Notes: a model not told the origin generated them from the sequence alone. 57,509 nucleotides of DNA from a virus (IMGVR_UViG_3300028840_002812:1-57509); one strand, 5' to 3'; positions 1-9,703 are shown, numbered from the stretch's first letter. Numbers and translations are program-made.

Positions 1-876
1 CCAATCGCAAAGTCGCTTACAGAAATCTCGGTCATTCACATCCAAATCCAGAGCAACACCCTCAAGAATTCTCTGTTCCACAGATGGAGCAGGATAGGAT
101 TGCTCGAAGGTCACCGGGAAACGCTCCAGGAACGCTTCGTTAAGAACATTAGTGCCGATGAACCTACCATCCTCACTACCTTTACCTTTAGTGTTCGCAG
201 TCGCAATCACATTAAATCCAGCAGCAGGTTTAACGAAGCGACCAATCTTCTTCAGGAAGACACCCTTACCTTCCAGAATGGATTGAAGACAAAGGATTTT
301 ATTAGACGCAAGGTCAATCTCATCCAGCAACAGAACCGCACCACGCTCTAGTGCTTCCACCACAGGACCATTATGCCACGCCGTTTCACCATTCACAAGA
401 CGAAATCCACCAATCAAATCATCCTCATCTGTTTCAATAGTCACATTCACCCGAATGAGTTCCCGTTTGAGTTGAGAACACGCCTGCTCCACACTAAGCG
501 TTTTACCATTACCCGAAAGACCCGTAATGAATGTAGGATAAAAGAGACGGGATTGAATAATGCGTTTAATATCGTTAAAGTTACCAAACTTGACGAAGGT
601 ATCATCTTTATCAGGAATAAGATTTTGTTGAACTTCAGGAAGAATAGAAACAGAATTATAGTTGCGTTCAATCTCTTCAACTTTTTCTTGCGTCACTTCA
701 AGGTTCCATTTTCCGCGAGAGGTCTTATATTGAGAGAGTTTATTACTTACGGTTTGATAGTTGAGCGAACGGGAGGCACAGAAACCCTTCAGGTCACCAG
801 AGGTAATTTCGGGACCATAAAGTTCTTTGAGTGATTCAATCAGTTGTTCGTCAGTCACAGAAATCTTGCGAGGCAT
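1..876 (-). CDS. cobS: CobS-like MoxR-family AAA+ ATPase (3' end runs off the window)
   Basis: Not in the ORF track. Manual translation from ATG 876 gives MPRKISVTDEQLIESLKELYG, with Walker A GLSGNGKT at about 499-522 and Walker B LLLDE. Usual cyanomyovirus position downstream of gp46 and the peptidase. Confidence 0.88.
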   Translation of the reverse strand, partial: MPRKISVTDEQLIESLKELYGPEITSGDLKGFCASRSLNYQTVSNKLSQYKTSRGKWNLEVTQEKVEEIERNYNSVSILPEVQQNLIPDKDDTFVKFGNFNDIKRIIQSRLFYPTFITGLSGNGKTLSVEQACSQLKRELIRVNVTIETDEDDLIGGFRLVNGETAWHNGPVVEALERGAVLLLDEIDLASNKILCLQSILEGKGVFLKKIGRFVKPAAGFNVIATANTKGKGSEDGRFIGTNVLNEAFLERFPVTFEQSYPAPSVEQRILEGVALDLDVNDRDFCKRLCDW

Positions 877-909
877 GATGTAGTTAGGTTGTTTTGTTTA
901 ACTGAAGTT

Positions 910-965
910 ATTATACAACAAAAAAGGGGGTCGTGGGACGCCCTTTGTGCCAGTTTTATGATTGG
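910..965 (-). promoter_or_regulatory. Phage promoter: CCAATCATAAAACTGGCACA motif, stem-loop/U-tract, TATAAT
   Basis: TATAAT at 910-915, hairpin at about 923-946, motif at 946-965; the same architecture recurs at 3335-3389. Confidence 0.65.
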
Positions 966-1144
966 TCCTGCCGATTGCGAAGTGTCTCCAAATACTCCTT
1001 ACTACCACAATGACCAGTATATCCAGGATAATACTTTTCAACCATAGCACGAATACCCATAGCAGTAATCGCACTATCACACTTCACCCAAACTTCTTTG
1101 GTGTCATATTTAACAACGTGTTCTAGAGGAAACTTATATTTCAT
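956..1144 (-). CDS. Small hypothetical protein (62 aa)
   Basis: ATG start, co-oriented, fills the gap between the peptidase and cobS. Confidence 0.7.
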   Translation of the reverse strand: MKYKFPLEHVVKYDTKEVWVKCDSAITAMGIRAMVEKYYPGYTGHCGSKEYLETLRNRQDQS

Positions 1145-1161
1145 AGTTTTTTTCCTATTTA

Positions 1162-3312
1162 TTATGCGACCAAAGAAATGAACTCACCAAGAATACGCTT
1201 ATTCATTTTCTTACTCTTCAAACTCTTCACAAAAGCATTTTTGATTTGAGTTTTATTAGCATCTTCGGCAACAGAGAACTCGGTATCTTGTGAGAGAGTG
1301 CTTGAAGAAATACCGAAGTAAGTATGATAACCAGAGTTTTTGAGAGAGAAGGACTTTTCCTTTTTCCAAGAACTCATCGCTTTCTCATACTCAGCACCGT
1401 GATAACCACAGTAACTACGAATAAAATACCCGGCATCACGACCTTCAATCACACGAATACCAATAAAGTTAATATCCTCAAACTTATCTCTTAGATTTTT
1501 AAGAAGAGTATTTGTAAAATCCTGATGATTTCCATTCAAGGAATAGGTGTTTCCGGTCTTACGGTCACGCAAAAATGTATCGGCACCAACATAAGCAGTT
1601 CCAAGATAATTTTTTTGTCCGTCCCAATCACGCCTAATTTCACGATGATACTTGGGATTAGACCCTTCCCCATCAGTCAAAATTACACATTGAACTTTTT
1701 GTAGTTTATTTTCTTTCTTAAACTTTGGCAAAATATGATGTAGAGAAGCAATTGACTCATTCAAAGGAGTTCCAGAAAGACCCAGACCACCAGGAATTGG
1801 AAACCGGCAAATATAAGGAGAACCAAAGGCACAGGCAAGACGAAAAATATTCTTCATCTGTTCTTCCAAAGTTCTACTGTTTGATTTGCTGGTAAGTAAG
1901 TTCAACATACTAAACCATTCCCCAACTTGAACGAGACCATCCTTTGGCGTATAAGAAATTTGGCGAAGATTTGCCCTACCTTCAACATCATAAGAAACTA
2001 AAGGATAATCATTTGTAAAGGCATAAACCTCAAAAGGAATTGAAACTTTTTTACAGAACCAAATCAAATTGAAGAGTTGCTTTACGGTGTCTAACATTAC
2101 ATTCTGCATCGAGCCAGACCAATCCAGAACAAACACCAGACCGTGATTTTTACCCTCAGCAAGCGTTGTGACCTTCTTAAAGAGGTCTTCATTATACTTA
2201 TAGGTATGAAGGCGAGAACAGTCCAGAATGCCCGTGCGGGCGATTGTGGAGCGAGCATAACTGTCTGCTGCCTTACGACACTCGAACTCCTTTACCAGAT
2301 AATTCACCTCATTTTGAGCGGACTTCTTGAAACTGATATAATTTCTATCAACTTCACCAAAAATAGTTTCTTTGCTGAAATCATGATTTTGGAGATAGCA
2401 ATTCCACTGTTCCTTACATTTAGAATGAATCTCGGCATTTGGAACAATAATTTTTTTCAGGTCAAGTTGAGGAAGTTCCAGATAAACACTTTCGATTCCG
2501 TGATTATTGACGAGTTTCTTAAATGCCTCTTCTAAAGAATTGACAGTCTTTACTTCTGGTTCTAGTTCTTCGCCACCCTGATTATTGGTAGGAGATTGTT
2601 GCTGTTGAGATTTTTCTGCGGTTCCACCATAAGAATCAGTTTCATCAGGTTGCTCCTGATTATTCTCACCTTCCTCTTGGTCGGTAATATCAGGTGAAGA
2701 TTGACTATCGGCACCACTCTGCTGTGATTTAAGATCGTCCTGAGAAATCTTTGTTTCTTCCTTTTGATTTTGCTTACAATACTTGTAGAGTTCTTCTGCC
2801 GCAATCAAAGTATCATCGAAAGTTTCGGCATCAGCAATCAGTTTGATAATTTTTTGTTCTTCTGTATCAAACTCCAGAGATACAAAATTACCAATCTTAA
2901 AGTAAAGATTTGCTCGGTCAGCAAGATTATAAGTTTCCAGATTATCATCGCCAATCTGGAAAAAATCCTCATCAGTAAGTTCTTTATAACCGGCATAAAA
3001 ACTTTTAGGAGAACCAGGATACTTACGCTTACAGAGTTTTTCTACTCGTGCGTCCTCACACACATTTACAAACTGTTGAGGAACTTTGGCGTTTTTAGAC
3101 CAATCCTCATTAGGTGTGAAAAGTGAATGGGAGATTTCGTGAAGAACAAGCATCGTATATACACTATTACTTGCTTTCTCCCACATCGGTAAAGTCAATA
3201 CCCGCGTATGAACGTTGAAGCAAGCGGTCTCTACTTTTTTATGCTCCACTACAAGGTCCTCTGTTGCCAGAAGACGAGCGAGCATTCCTTTAATATCAAG
3301 ATTGACGGTCAT
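1162..3312 (-). CDS. CobT-like protein: N-terminal HExxH metallopeptidase domain, acidic linker, C-terminal VWA domain
   Basis: HEISH motif; E/Q/S-rich linker; MIDAS motif DWSGS, GTPL and ILTDGE. Confidence 0.85.
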   Translation of the reverse strand: MTVNLDIKGMLARLLATEDLVVEHKKVETACFNVHTRVLTLPMWEKASNSVYTMLVLHEISHSLFTPNEDWSKNAKVPQQFVNVCEDARVEKLCKRKYPGSPKSFYAGYKELTDEDFFQIGDDNLETYNLADRANLYFKIGNFVSLEFDTEEQKIIKLIADAETFDDTLIAAEELYKYCKQNQKEETKISQDDLKSQQSGADSQSSPDITDQEEGENNQEQPDETDSYGGTAEKSQQQQSPTNNQGGEELEPEVKTVNSLEEAFKKLVNNHGIESVYLELPQLDLKKIIVPNAEIHSKCKEQWNCYLQNHDFSKETIFGEVDRNYISFKKSAQNEVNYLVKEFECRKAADSYARSTIARTGILDCSRLHTYKYNEDLFKKVTTLAEGKNHGLVFVLDWSGSMQNVMLDTVKQLFNLIWFCKKVSIPFEVYAFTNDYPLVSYDVEGRANLRQISYTPKDGLVQVGEWFSMLNLLTSKSNSRTLEEQMKNIFRLACAFGSPYICRFPIPGGLGLSGTPLNESIASLHHILPKFKKENKLQKVQCVILTDGEGSNPKYHREIRRDWDGQKNYLGTAYVGADTFLRDRKTGNTYSLNGNHQDFTNTLLKNLRDKFEDINFIGIRVIEGRDAGYFIRSYCGYHGAEYEKAMSSWKKEKSFSLKNSGYHTYFGISSSTLSQDTEFSVAEDANKTQIKNAFVKSLKSKKMNKRILGEFISLVA

Positions 3313-3481
3313 AGGTTTGATTTGTTATGAACCTATTATACGAAAAAACCTCCTTTTGAGAGGAGGTCATGTGCCGCTTTTTAAACTGGGCAAGTCGCGC
3401 CTTTGCTTGACGGAGTGCCTGCGGTTTCAGTTTTCGTTTTTGCTCCTTTTTGGAGTGATGGTGGCGATTTGGAACTTGCAT
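3296..3481 (-). CDS. Small basic hypothetical protein
   Basis: K/R-rich MQVPNRHHHSKKEQKRKLKPQALRQAKARL; preceded by TTGACC-17-TATTGT at 3503-3531. Confidence 0.6.
   Translation of the reverse strand: MQVPNRHHHSKKEQKRKLKPQALRQAKARLAQFKKRHMTSSQKEVFSYNRFITNQTYDRQS
3335..3389 (-). promoter_or_regulatory. Phage promoter: CCAGTTTAAAAAGCGGCACA motif, terminator-like hairpin, TATAAT
   Basis: TATAAT at 3335-3340; ACCTCCT/AGGAGGT stem at 3348-3367 followed by a U-tract; motif at 3370-3389. Confidence 0.65.
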
Positions 3482-3553
3482 CGATTTTGTGCCTATTAAA
3501 ACACAATACTATCTATACGCCGAAAGGTCAAGGAGTCCAGTTTTCAAAGTGTC

Positions 3554-5269
3554 CTAAGATTCAGTTTTATAAGAAAATCCATTTTTTTTCTCAAACTTAA
3601 TTACGCGGTCAAACTTATCTTGAATGCCATCTTTATGAGAAATCACAAAGATATTAGCATCCTTAATTACATAACGAATAATCTTAAGAAAACTATCTGT
3701 TCCAAATTCATCAAGAGAAGAATCAAAAACTTCATCAAAAATCATAATATTCGTATTAATAGAGTTTTTGATTCTTGCAACCTCACGCCAGGCAAAAACT
3801 AAAGCAAGATTAATTTTTGCCTTTTCACCCTCACTAAAAGAACTGTATGAAAAATCTTCGTGAATAGGAGACTGAATACTTTCATTAAACTCCTCATCAA
3901 GATGAAAATTAATATAGAAATCCATCATCTGCAAATAACGATTGACTTGCTGATTAATGAATGGGAGATACTTTTTGATAATTTTAGTTTTTACGCCGTC
4001 ATCTTTAAGAAGAGAATGGGCAAAATCATAATATGTTATTTGTTCTTTTTTTACCGATAGGTCTTCAATCGTAGTTTGCAACTTTTCTTTAAACTGCTCT
4101 AATTTCTCATGCTCAGTATTTCGATTTTTAAGTTGTTCGGTAAGTTTTTGAATTTCTGATTCAAGATCCCGTATTTGTCGTTGATTAAGAGATATTCGTG
4201 TATTATTTTGAGAAATCCCATGATTAAGTTTAGTAATCTCCTTTGATAGGATTATAAATTGCCGCTCTCGTTCTTCCTCAAACTTTATAGTCTCCTCAAG
4301 ATCTTGAAATCCTTTCTGGAGTTCCTTTGCTTTAGTTTGAGCGTCGGCAATTCTATTTAATCTAAACTCTTCCTCAATAGTTTGAGTGCAGGTGGGACAA
4401 ACCGTATTTTCATTAAAGAACTTGTGCTCTTTAGTAATTACCGATACTTTTTGGGAGATTTTACCTCTAAGATTGTTAAGTTTTCCTAACTTTTCTGCAG
4501 CACCAATCACTTCTTCTTGTTCTTTCGTGTATCTAAAAACATCTTCTTCAATTAGAGCATTTTGATTTGAATATGAATCAACCTCATTCATTAACTTAAC
4601 AATCTTTTGTTGATTGCTATTAATATTGTCCTTTCCACGATTTTCAAGTTCTCCAATAAAGTTTTTTTGCATTTCAACTTTTTCTTTTAGATTCTCTCTC
4701 GAAAGTTCTAATGACTTTATGGATTCTTTTTGTTCTCTTATTTTATCTTTAAGAAGATTATTCATCGCAGAAAAAATACGAATGTCTAATAAATCTTCAA
4801 TAACTTCACGGCGATTTGCGGTTGTAAGTTGCATAAAAGGAACAAAAGTGCTTGAACCCAAAATCACAATTTGAGTGAATGATTTATAATTTACTTTAAG
4901 AATATTTTCTTCAAGTATTTTTTGATTTACCCGATCATCAGATTCTTTGTGGAGAGCACTTCCATTTACTTCAATATCAAAAATATTCGGTTTAATTCCG
5001 CGACGAACGAGATAGTCTCTGTTATTTACAGAAAACTCAACTTCTACAAGACATTCCTTTTCATTTACACTATTAATAAGTTGATTCTTATTAATTTTAC
5101 GAAATGCCTTATTGAATAATGCAAATGTTAGGGCATCAATCAAAGTTGATTTTCCATTACCATTTGATCCAATTAATATATTGGTATTGTTTTTTTGAAA
5201 ATCTATCTCGGTAAAATGTTGTCCGGCACTTAGAAAGTTTTTGTAGCGAATTGTCTTAAAAATAATCAT
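3554..5269 (-). CDS. gp46: Recombination nuclease ATPase subunit (SbcC/Rad50-like)
   Basis: Walker A GSNGNGKST, coiled coil with CPTC zinc hook, signature FSEGE, Walker B IFDE, ISH. Confidence 0.96.
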   Translation of the reverse strand: MIIFKTIRYKNFLSAGQHFTEIDFQKNNTNILIGSNGNGKSTLIDALTFALFNKAFRKINKNQLINSVNEKECLVEVEFSVNNRDYLVRRGIKPNIFDIEVNGSALHKESDDRVNQKILEENILKVNYKSFTQIVILGSSTFVPFMQLTTANRREVIEDLLDIRIFSAMNNLLKDKIREQKESIKSLELSRENLKEKVEMQKNFIGELENRGKDNINSNQQKIVKLMNEVDSYSNQNALIEEDVFRYTKEQEEVIGAAEKLGKLNNLRGKISQKVSVITKEHKFFNENTVCPTCTQTIEEEFRLNRIADAQTKAKELQKGFQDLEETIKFEEERERQFIILSKEITKLNHGISQNNTRISLNQRQIRDLESEIQKLTEQLKNRNTEHEKLEQFKEKLQTTIEDLSVKKEQITYYDFAHSLLKDDGVKTKIIKKYLPFINQQVNRYLQMMDFYINFHLDEEFNESIQSPIHEDFSYSSFSEGEKAKINLALVFAWREVARIKNSINTNIMIFDEVFDSSLDEFGTDSFLKIIRYVIKDANIFVISHKDGIQDKFDRVIKFEKKNGFSYKTES

Positions 5270-5529
5270 ACTGGAGGAGGAATTACAATATCATCGGGTG
5301 TAATTACGGCATATTTGTATTGATGCATTTTACAGGTTTTAATCGCAAGTTCATCATCAACTTCAATAACTTCCATTTCTTTTTCATAATCTTCATCTTC
5401 TCCAAGCATCATAGCGTAGCGAGTTGCATCATCTTCTTCTTCAAATAAGAATAAAACTTTTTCACCATATTGATCCTGAACGGCAAATGCCCCATCATCT
5501 TTACGACCTTTAAGAGTAAGCAGAAACAT
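5266..5529 (-). CDS. Conserved cyanophage hypothetical protein (DUF3110-like)
   Basis: Likely start ATG 5529 (MFLLTLKG); LFEEEDDATRYAMML motif; lies between gp47 and gp46. Confidence 0.7.
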   Translation of the reverse strand: MFLLTLKGRKDDGAFAVQDQYGEKVLFLFEEEDDATRYAMMLGEDEDYEKEMEVIEVDDELAIKTCKMHQYKYAVITPDDIVIPPPV

Positions 5530-5530
5530 T

Positions 5531-6568
5531 TTATTCAACTTCGCAAGATTGTTTGTATAAGTCTTGAAAAATAGTCTTGATACGATTTTTATCAAAGTCA
5601 ATTTCTGCTTCATCAATATAACGATTTAGAATTGAAATTGTATTTTCTTCTTCGTCAATTACAAAATCTTCATTTTCTATGATATCAAAGTTTTCAACAA
5701 TTTTCAAATCCTGAACACCGACCTTATATAGTTTATCAATAAACTTCTCAAAGTCTTTTGGTTTAGATTTTTTACGAACAATTACTTTTACAATTTTATT
5801 TTTATATTCAGCAGCATCAAATAGTTGATGCGGAGTATCTTCGTAATAAATGTTATAAAAAAGTTTATAAGGATTATTAATTGGAGTATGCTCTAATGTT
5901 TCAGTATCAAAGATATGAAATCCACGAGTATCATTTACATCAGTCCAATACATTTCATAAGGATTACCGAGATAGAACACAGTTCCATTATTAGAACGAG
6001 TATGGTAATGACCAGAAAATACCTTCGTGAAGTTTGAAAAAAGATTCGGATCCAGTCCATGGTCTTCCATTACAAGATGTTTATTTACACGAAATCCTCT
6101 GAGTTCAAGATGACCCATGGCAACTTTTGCTTTAGATTTTTTAATTATCTTTAAAGTTTTATCGTAATTATCATTACAAATCCACGGAACCATCATCACA
6201 TCCAGATTACCAATCTGTATTGATTGTGGAGAACTATAGGTTTTAATATTTGGATAGTCTTTCAATAAAAGTTCTGGGGCATTTATTTCGGTAGAATCAC
6301 GAAGAAACATATCGTGATTTCCTACAATCATATGAACTTCATATTTTGAGAGGGGATCTAGAACAACTCTTCTGGTCCAATCAAGTCCCCAAAAATCAAT
6401 ACTTTTACGATTATCAAAGGCATCTCCCATATGAATTACTGTAGTAATTTCTTCCTTTTCTAGAGTAGGAAAAAATACATTCTTATAAAAGAGTTCAAAA
6501 TAATCGTGAAGATGTCTAGAAGCTTTTCTTGCTGACCAGTGAGTGTCCGTGATTAAACAAACCTTCAA
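5531..6568 (-). CDS. gp47: Recombination nuclease subunit (SbcD/Mre11-like metallophosphoesterase)
   Basis: DTH, GDAFD, GNHD and SGHYH motifs; TTG start overlapping the upstream stop. Confidence 0.95.
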   Translation of the reverse strand: MKVCLITDTHWSARKASRHLHDYFELFYKNVFFPTLEKEEITTVIHMGDAFDNRKSIDFWGLDWTRRVVLDPLSKYEVHMIVGNHDMFLRDSTEINAPELLLKDYPNIKTYSSPQSIQIGNLDVMMVPWICNDNYDKTLKIIKKSKAKVAMGHLELRGFRVNKHLVMEDHGLDPNLFSNFTKVFSGHYHTRSNNGTVFYLGNPYEMYWTDVNDTRGFHIFDTETLEHTPINNPYKLFYNIYYEDTPHQLFDAAEYKNKIVKVIVRKKSKPKDFEKFIDKLYKVGVQDLKIVENFDIIENEDFVIDEEENTISILNRYIDEAEIDFDKNRIKTIFQDLYKQSCEVE

Positions 6569-7161
6569 AGTTTTTCTCCATTACTACACTTCAAATATAA
6601 CACAGCAGACTCTAAAAAGTCAAGATTATCAAAAAACATTCCCAGACCAATATTGCAATTTTTACATAATAATCCTCTCACTTTACCAGTTTGATGATTG
6701 TGATCTACTGCTAAATCCTTCCCAGTTGGACAAATTTGATTGCATATTTTACATTTATTATTTTGACTTTCTGATAAAGTTATATAATCTTCTAGTGTAA
6801 TATCATAAACTCGTTTTAAATAAGAGTTTTTAACATAAGGTTTGTTATTTTTATAATATTCCCGGCATTTAAGTCTAGATTCATCATTTTTATATTGCTC
6901 TTGATATTTTTCTGGATTTTGTTCTCTCCATTTATCTAATCTTTTTTTTGTCTTCTCCTTTGTCCTATACGGTTTCATCAATTCTTCATTATTAAGTTTT
7001 TCTAAACCAGATTTTATGGTACAAGGAGCACAAGAATTGTTAGAAACATACCTTTCAAAAGAACCACATTTTTTACAAGAAGTTTCACTAATATACTTTT
7101 TTTCTCCGTTTTCTATTGCTTTAAGTCTATTCGCTCTTGATTGAGAATACTGATTAGGCAT
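6565..7161 (-). CDS. Endonuclease VII-like His-Me nuclease, probably a free-standing homing endonuclease
   Basis: CKIC...LAVDHNHQTGKVRGLLCKNCNIGLG; N-terminal CxxC...CxxC; inserted between gp55 and gp47. Confidence 0.82.
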   Translation of the reverse strand: MPNQYSQSRANRLKAIENGEKKYISETSCKKCGSFERYVSNNSCAPCTIKSGLEKLNNEELMKPYRTKEKTKKRLDKWREQNPEKYQEQYKNDESRLKCREYYKNNKPYVKNSYLKRVYDITLEDYITLSESQNNKCKICNQICPTGKDLAVDHNHQTGKVRGLLCKNCNIGLGMFFDNLDFLESAVLYLKCSNGEKL

Positions 7162-7182
7162 AATGCTCTATAGTGTTTTATT

Positions 7183-7190
7183 TATTTATA
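7183..7190 (-). promoter_or_regulatory. T4-type late promoter TATAAATA
   Basis: Exact gp55 consensus about 20 nt upstream of the endonuclease ATG. Confidence 0.7.
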
Positions 7191-7202
7191 CACTGTGGTG
7201 CG

Positions 7203-7745
7203 TCATCGATTTCCGTTTCTATACTGAATGGCATCTTTAATTGAATTATAATCAGAATAATTTCCCCCATCGATAGTGTTGTCGTCAGTGAATACATCAG
7301 AATATCCAGAACGCTCAAGAATTTTATTTTTAATTTCCAATTGACGTTTTTCTTTTTGGATACGACGAAGAAAAGCATAATGGATAATTTGTGTGAAATA
7401 CGCAAAAGGATTTTGAGACTTTTCTGGATCAAAATTATGAATATATTGAACGGAGTTTTCAATACCATCAGAAATCATATCTTCCTTGAACATATAGTTC
7501 ACAAAGTTGGGTTTGAAGGAAAGATGATTTGCAATCTTTAAAAAACAATCTCCTATGTATCGAGGGATAACTGGTTTTGTATCCCATCGTGTTGCCCTAT
7601 CAACTCTAGTAGGTTCTCTTCCATACTTTTGAATAAAAGTAATTTCTACATCCTCCCGATACTTAATAAGAGCAGCAAGAAACTCTTTATTATTAACATA
7701 ATGCTCTGACCTCTTTCTTTTGGTCATAACTGTCGTAGATATCAT
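7203..7745 (-). CDS. gp55: Late-transcription sigma factor
   Basis: HYVNNKEF, FVNYMFKEDMISDGIEN and NPFAYFTQIIHYAFLRRIQKEK motifs. Confidence 0.96.
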   Translation of the reverse strand: MISTTVMTKRKRSEHYVNNKEFLAALIKYREDVEITFIQKYGREPTRVDRATRWDTKPVIPRYIGDCFLKIANHLSFKPNFVNYMFKEDMISDGIENSVQYIHNFDPEKSQNPFAYFTQIIHYAFLRRIQKEKRQLEIKNKILERSGYSDVFTDDNTIDGGNYSDYNSIKDAIQYRNGNR

Positions 7746-7770
7746 AAGTTTTAATCATTATTATGTAGAT

Positions 7771-7821
7771 ATTATAACACTTAAACAAATATTTGACAAG
7801 GTATCCCAAACTGTGTATAAT
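7771..7821. promoter_or_regulatory. Overlapping divergent sigma70-type promoters
   Basis: Minus strand: TTGTCA(7794-7799)-17-TATAAT(7771-7776) with TGn, driving gp55. Plus strand: TTGACA(7793-7798)-17-TATAAT(7816-7821). Confidence 0.75.
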
Positions 7822-7848
7822 TACCTTTGTGAGGTTTGATAAGTGAGC

Positions 7849-8241
7849 TTAGCTACTTCTATAAAGCTTCTCTAGGATCTCTTTAGCATCATTTACATTA
7901 GAAATATAACCCATTCCTCTATTAAGTTTTGTTTGATCAATATCTTTTTTATTTGATTGGCGAATGTAAGATTGGTGCATTACTATCATTTCTATATCTG
8001 AAGATTCTGACATTGTTAAGACATCTTCAAGATTAAGAATAAACATATCATCTGTTGTAGTTTTTAACCAAGGTTCTATTTTATATCCTTCTAACCCTAA
8101 TCTTCCCTTTACTTCTGTTATGATAATAGGATTAAAAACAATTAACAAGATTTTATCGTCTTCTTCAGAAACTGCTACTTTAGCAAATATTTCTTCCCCA
8201 TTCTTCAATTTGATGGTTGAGTAAAAATCATCTTCTGTCAT
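7849..8241 (-). CDS. Conserved T4-like hypothetical protein (Sm-like fold suspected)
   Basis: IKLKNGEEIFAKV start; position between uvsW and gp55. Confidence 0.75.
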   Translation of the reverse strand: MTEDDFYSTIKLKNGEEIFAKVAVSEEDDKILLIVFNPIIITEVKGRLGLEGYKIEPWLKTTTDDMFILNLEDVLTMSESSDIEMIVMHQSYIRQSNKKDIDQTKLNRGMGYISNVNDAKEILEKLYRSS

Positions 8242-9703
8242 TTGTTTTTAAATTAATTGTAATAATTTCGTAATTAAAGTTCTCTTCGTTATATATTTTG
8301 ATGCGTTCAATGAGGTGATTTAAAGTATAATTTTTTCTTGAGTTAGAAGTGCAATCATCAGCAATATCATAAAGAGTTGCTTTTACTTTATCTTTTCCTT
8401 TTCTGAGGACTCTTCCGATGGATTGGAGATTTCGTATTCTTGATTTACTTGGTGAAGCAAATATAACATTATGAAGATTTCTAATATTGATGCCAGTGGA
8501 AAAAGTACCGTAGGAAGCAACAATGATTGCATTTGTTTCTCTCTCTGTAATTTCTCTAGCTAACTCTCTTTCTTCAGTATCAACACCACCATGAATAAAG
8601 AATACTTTACGATCACCTCGCTTATTAGTATTTATCTGTTCAAAAAGTATTGCTCCGTGTGTTTCTACACGACTATAAAGAACCAGAGTGTTTCCTTTTA
8701 AATCTAAAGAAAGATTTGTAATGAACTTATTTCGTTTTTCATGAGAGATTAAATACTGTATCTCATCTTCATAAGTCTCAAATCTTTGTGGTGAATGTTT
8801 AAGAACAATACAACGTATATCTAATTGAGAAAGATGTCCTTGTTTCATCAATTCATCAGTCTTAGTGACTTTATATGATGGTCCAAACAATCCTTCTAAA
8901 ACCCATTTATGTGTTTGAGTTCCATCAAGTGTTCCAGTAAATCCAAATCTATATTTTGCGTGATGAAGTTTAGTCATTATTTCTATCAATGACTTGCTTT
9001 TAAATAAATGTGCTTCATCGCCTATAATTACATTATATTCCTCAAAGAATGAGCGTTCTAATTTGTATACTGATTGCCATGTTGTAATCGTAACTGGATG
9101 TTCGTTTGTCTTTTCTCTTCCAAAATAAATTCGGTGGCAGTATGTCTCAGCATCCCAACTATAATCCTCAAAATCCTTATACATCTGCTCTACTAGCGAT
9201 GTCGTCGGAACAACTAAAAGAATTTTTTGCCCTTTATCTATATAATATCTCACTATTGAATAAATCATCAGAGATTTGCCTGAGGCAGTTGGTGATATCA
9301 ATAACTTTCGGTTGTGTCTTAGAGCATCATATACTCCCTCTATTTGATATTGACGAGGAGTATGAGAGCAAATAGATTGCATGTAATCTTTTACACCTTC
9401 AAAAGATATACCTTCGTTTATTTCAAATGGTAATCCGTAGAATTTATTTTCTTTAAATTCGTATGTATAATTGTGAAGTTTTAATTTATCAACAATCTTA
9501 TCTAATAATCCAATATAAATTTCTCCAGTATGAGTACTGAGTAGTCTAATTTTTCCATCCCAGTGTCTGCTTCTATACTGGGACATAAATTTTGCAGACT
9601 CTACTTCGAAAGTAAAGTATGGTTGAAGTTCATGTAAAATATGTGGGTCGCAGTTTAATTTTAAATGAACTTCGTTTTTCTTTTCAATTACTACATCTCT
9701 CAT
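8228..9703 (-). CDS. uvsW: SF2 DNA helicase UvsW
   Basis: PTASGKS, DEAH, TGT and QSIGRVLR motifs. Confidence 0.96.
   Translation of the reverse strand: MRDVVIEKKNEVHLKLNCDPHILHELQPYFTFEVESAKFMSQYRSRHWDGKIRLLSTHTGEIYIGLLDKIVDKLKLHNYTYEFKENKFYGLPFEINEGISFEGVKDYMQSICSHTPRQYQIEGVYDALRHNRKLLISPTASGKSLMIYSIVRYYIDKGQKILLVVPTTSLVEQMYKDFEDYSWDAETYCHRIYFGREKTNEHPVTITTWQSVYKLERSFFEEYNVIIGDEAHLFKSKSLIEIMTKLHHAKYRFGFTGTLDGTQTHKWVLEGLFGPSYKVTKTDELMKQGHLSQLDIRCIVLKHSPQRFETYEDEIQYLISHEKRNKFITNLSLDLKGNTLVLYSRVETHGAILFEQINTNKRGDRKVFFIHGGVDTEERELAREITERETNAIIVASYGTFSTGINIRNLHNVIFASPSKSRIRNLQSIGRVLRKGKDKVKATLYDIADDCTSNSRKNYTLNHLIERIKIYNEENFNYEIITINLKTNDRR

Noticed and set aside
100-834. Plus-strand ORFs of 83 and 153 aa, and the many other plus-strand ORFs in the track
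   Set aside because: Antisense shadows of well-supported minus-strand genes (here cobS), with no recognisable motifs
6565-7161. Assignment as the gp49 resolvase
   Set aside because: The nuclease domain is C-terminal behind a zinc-binding basic region, and the insertion context fits a homing endonuclease better
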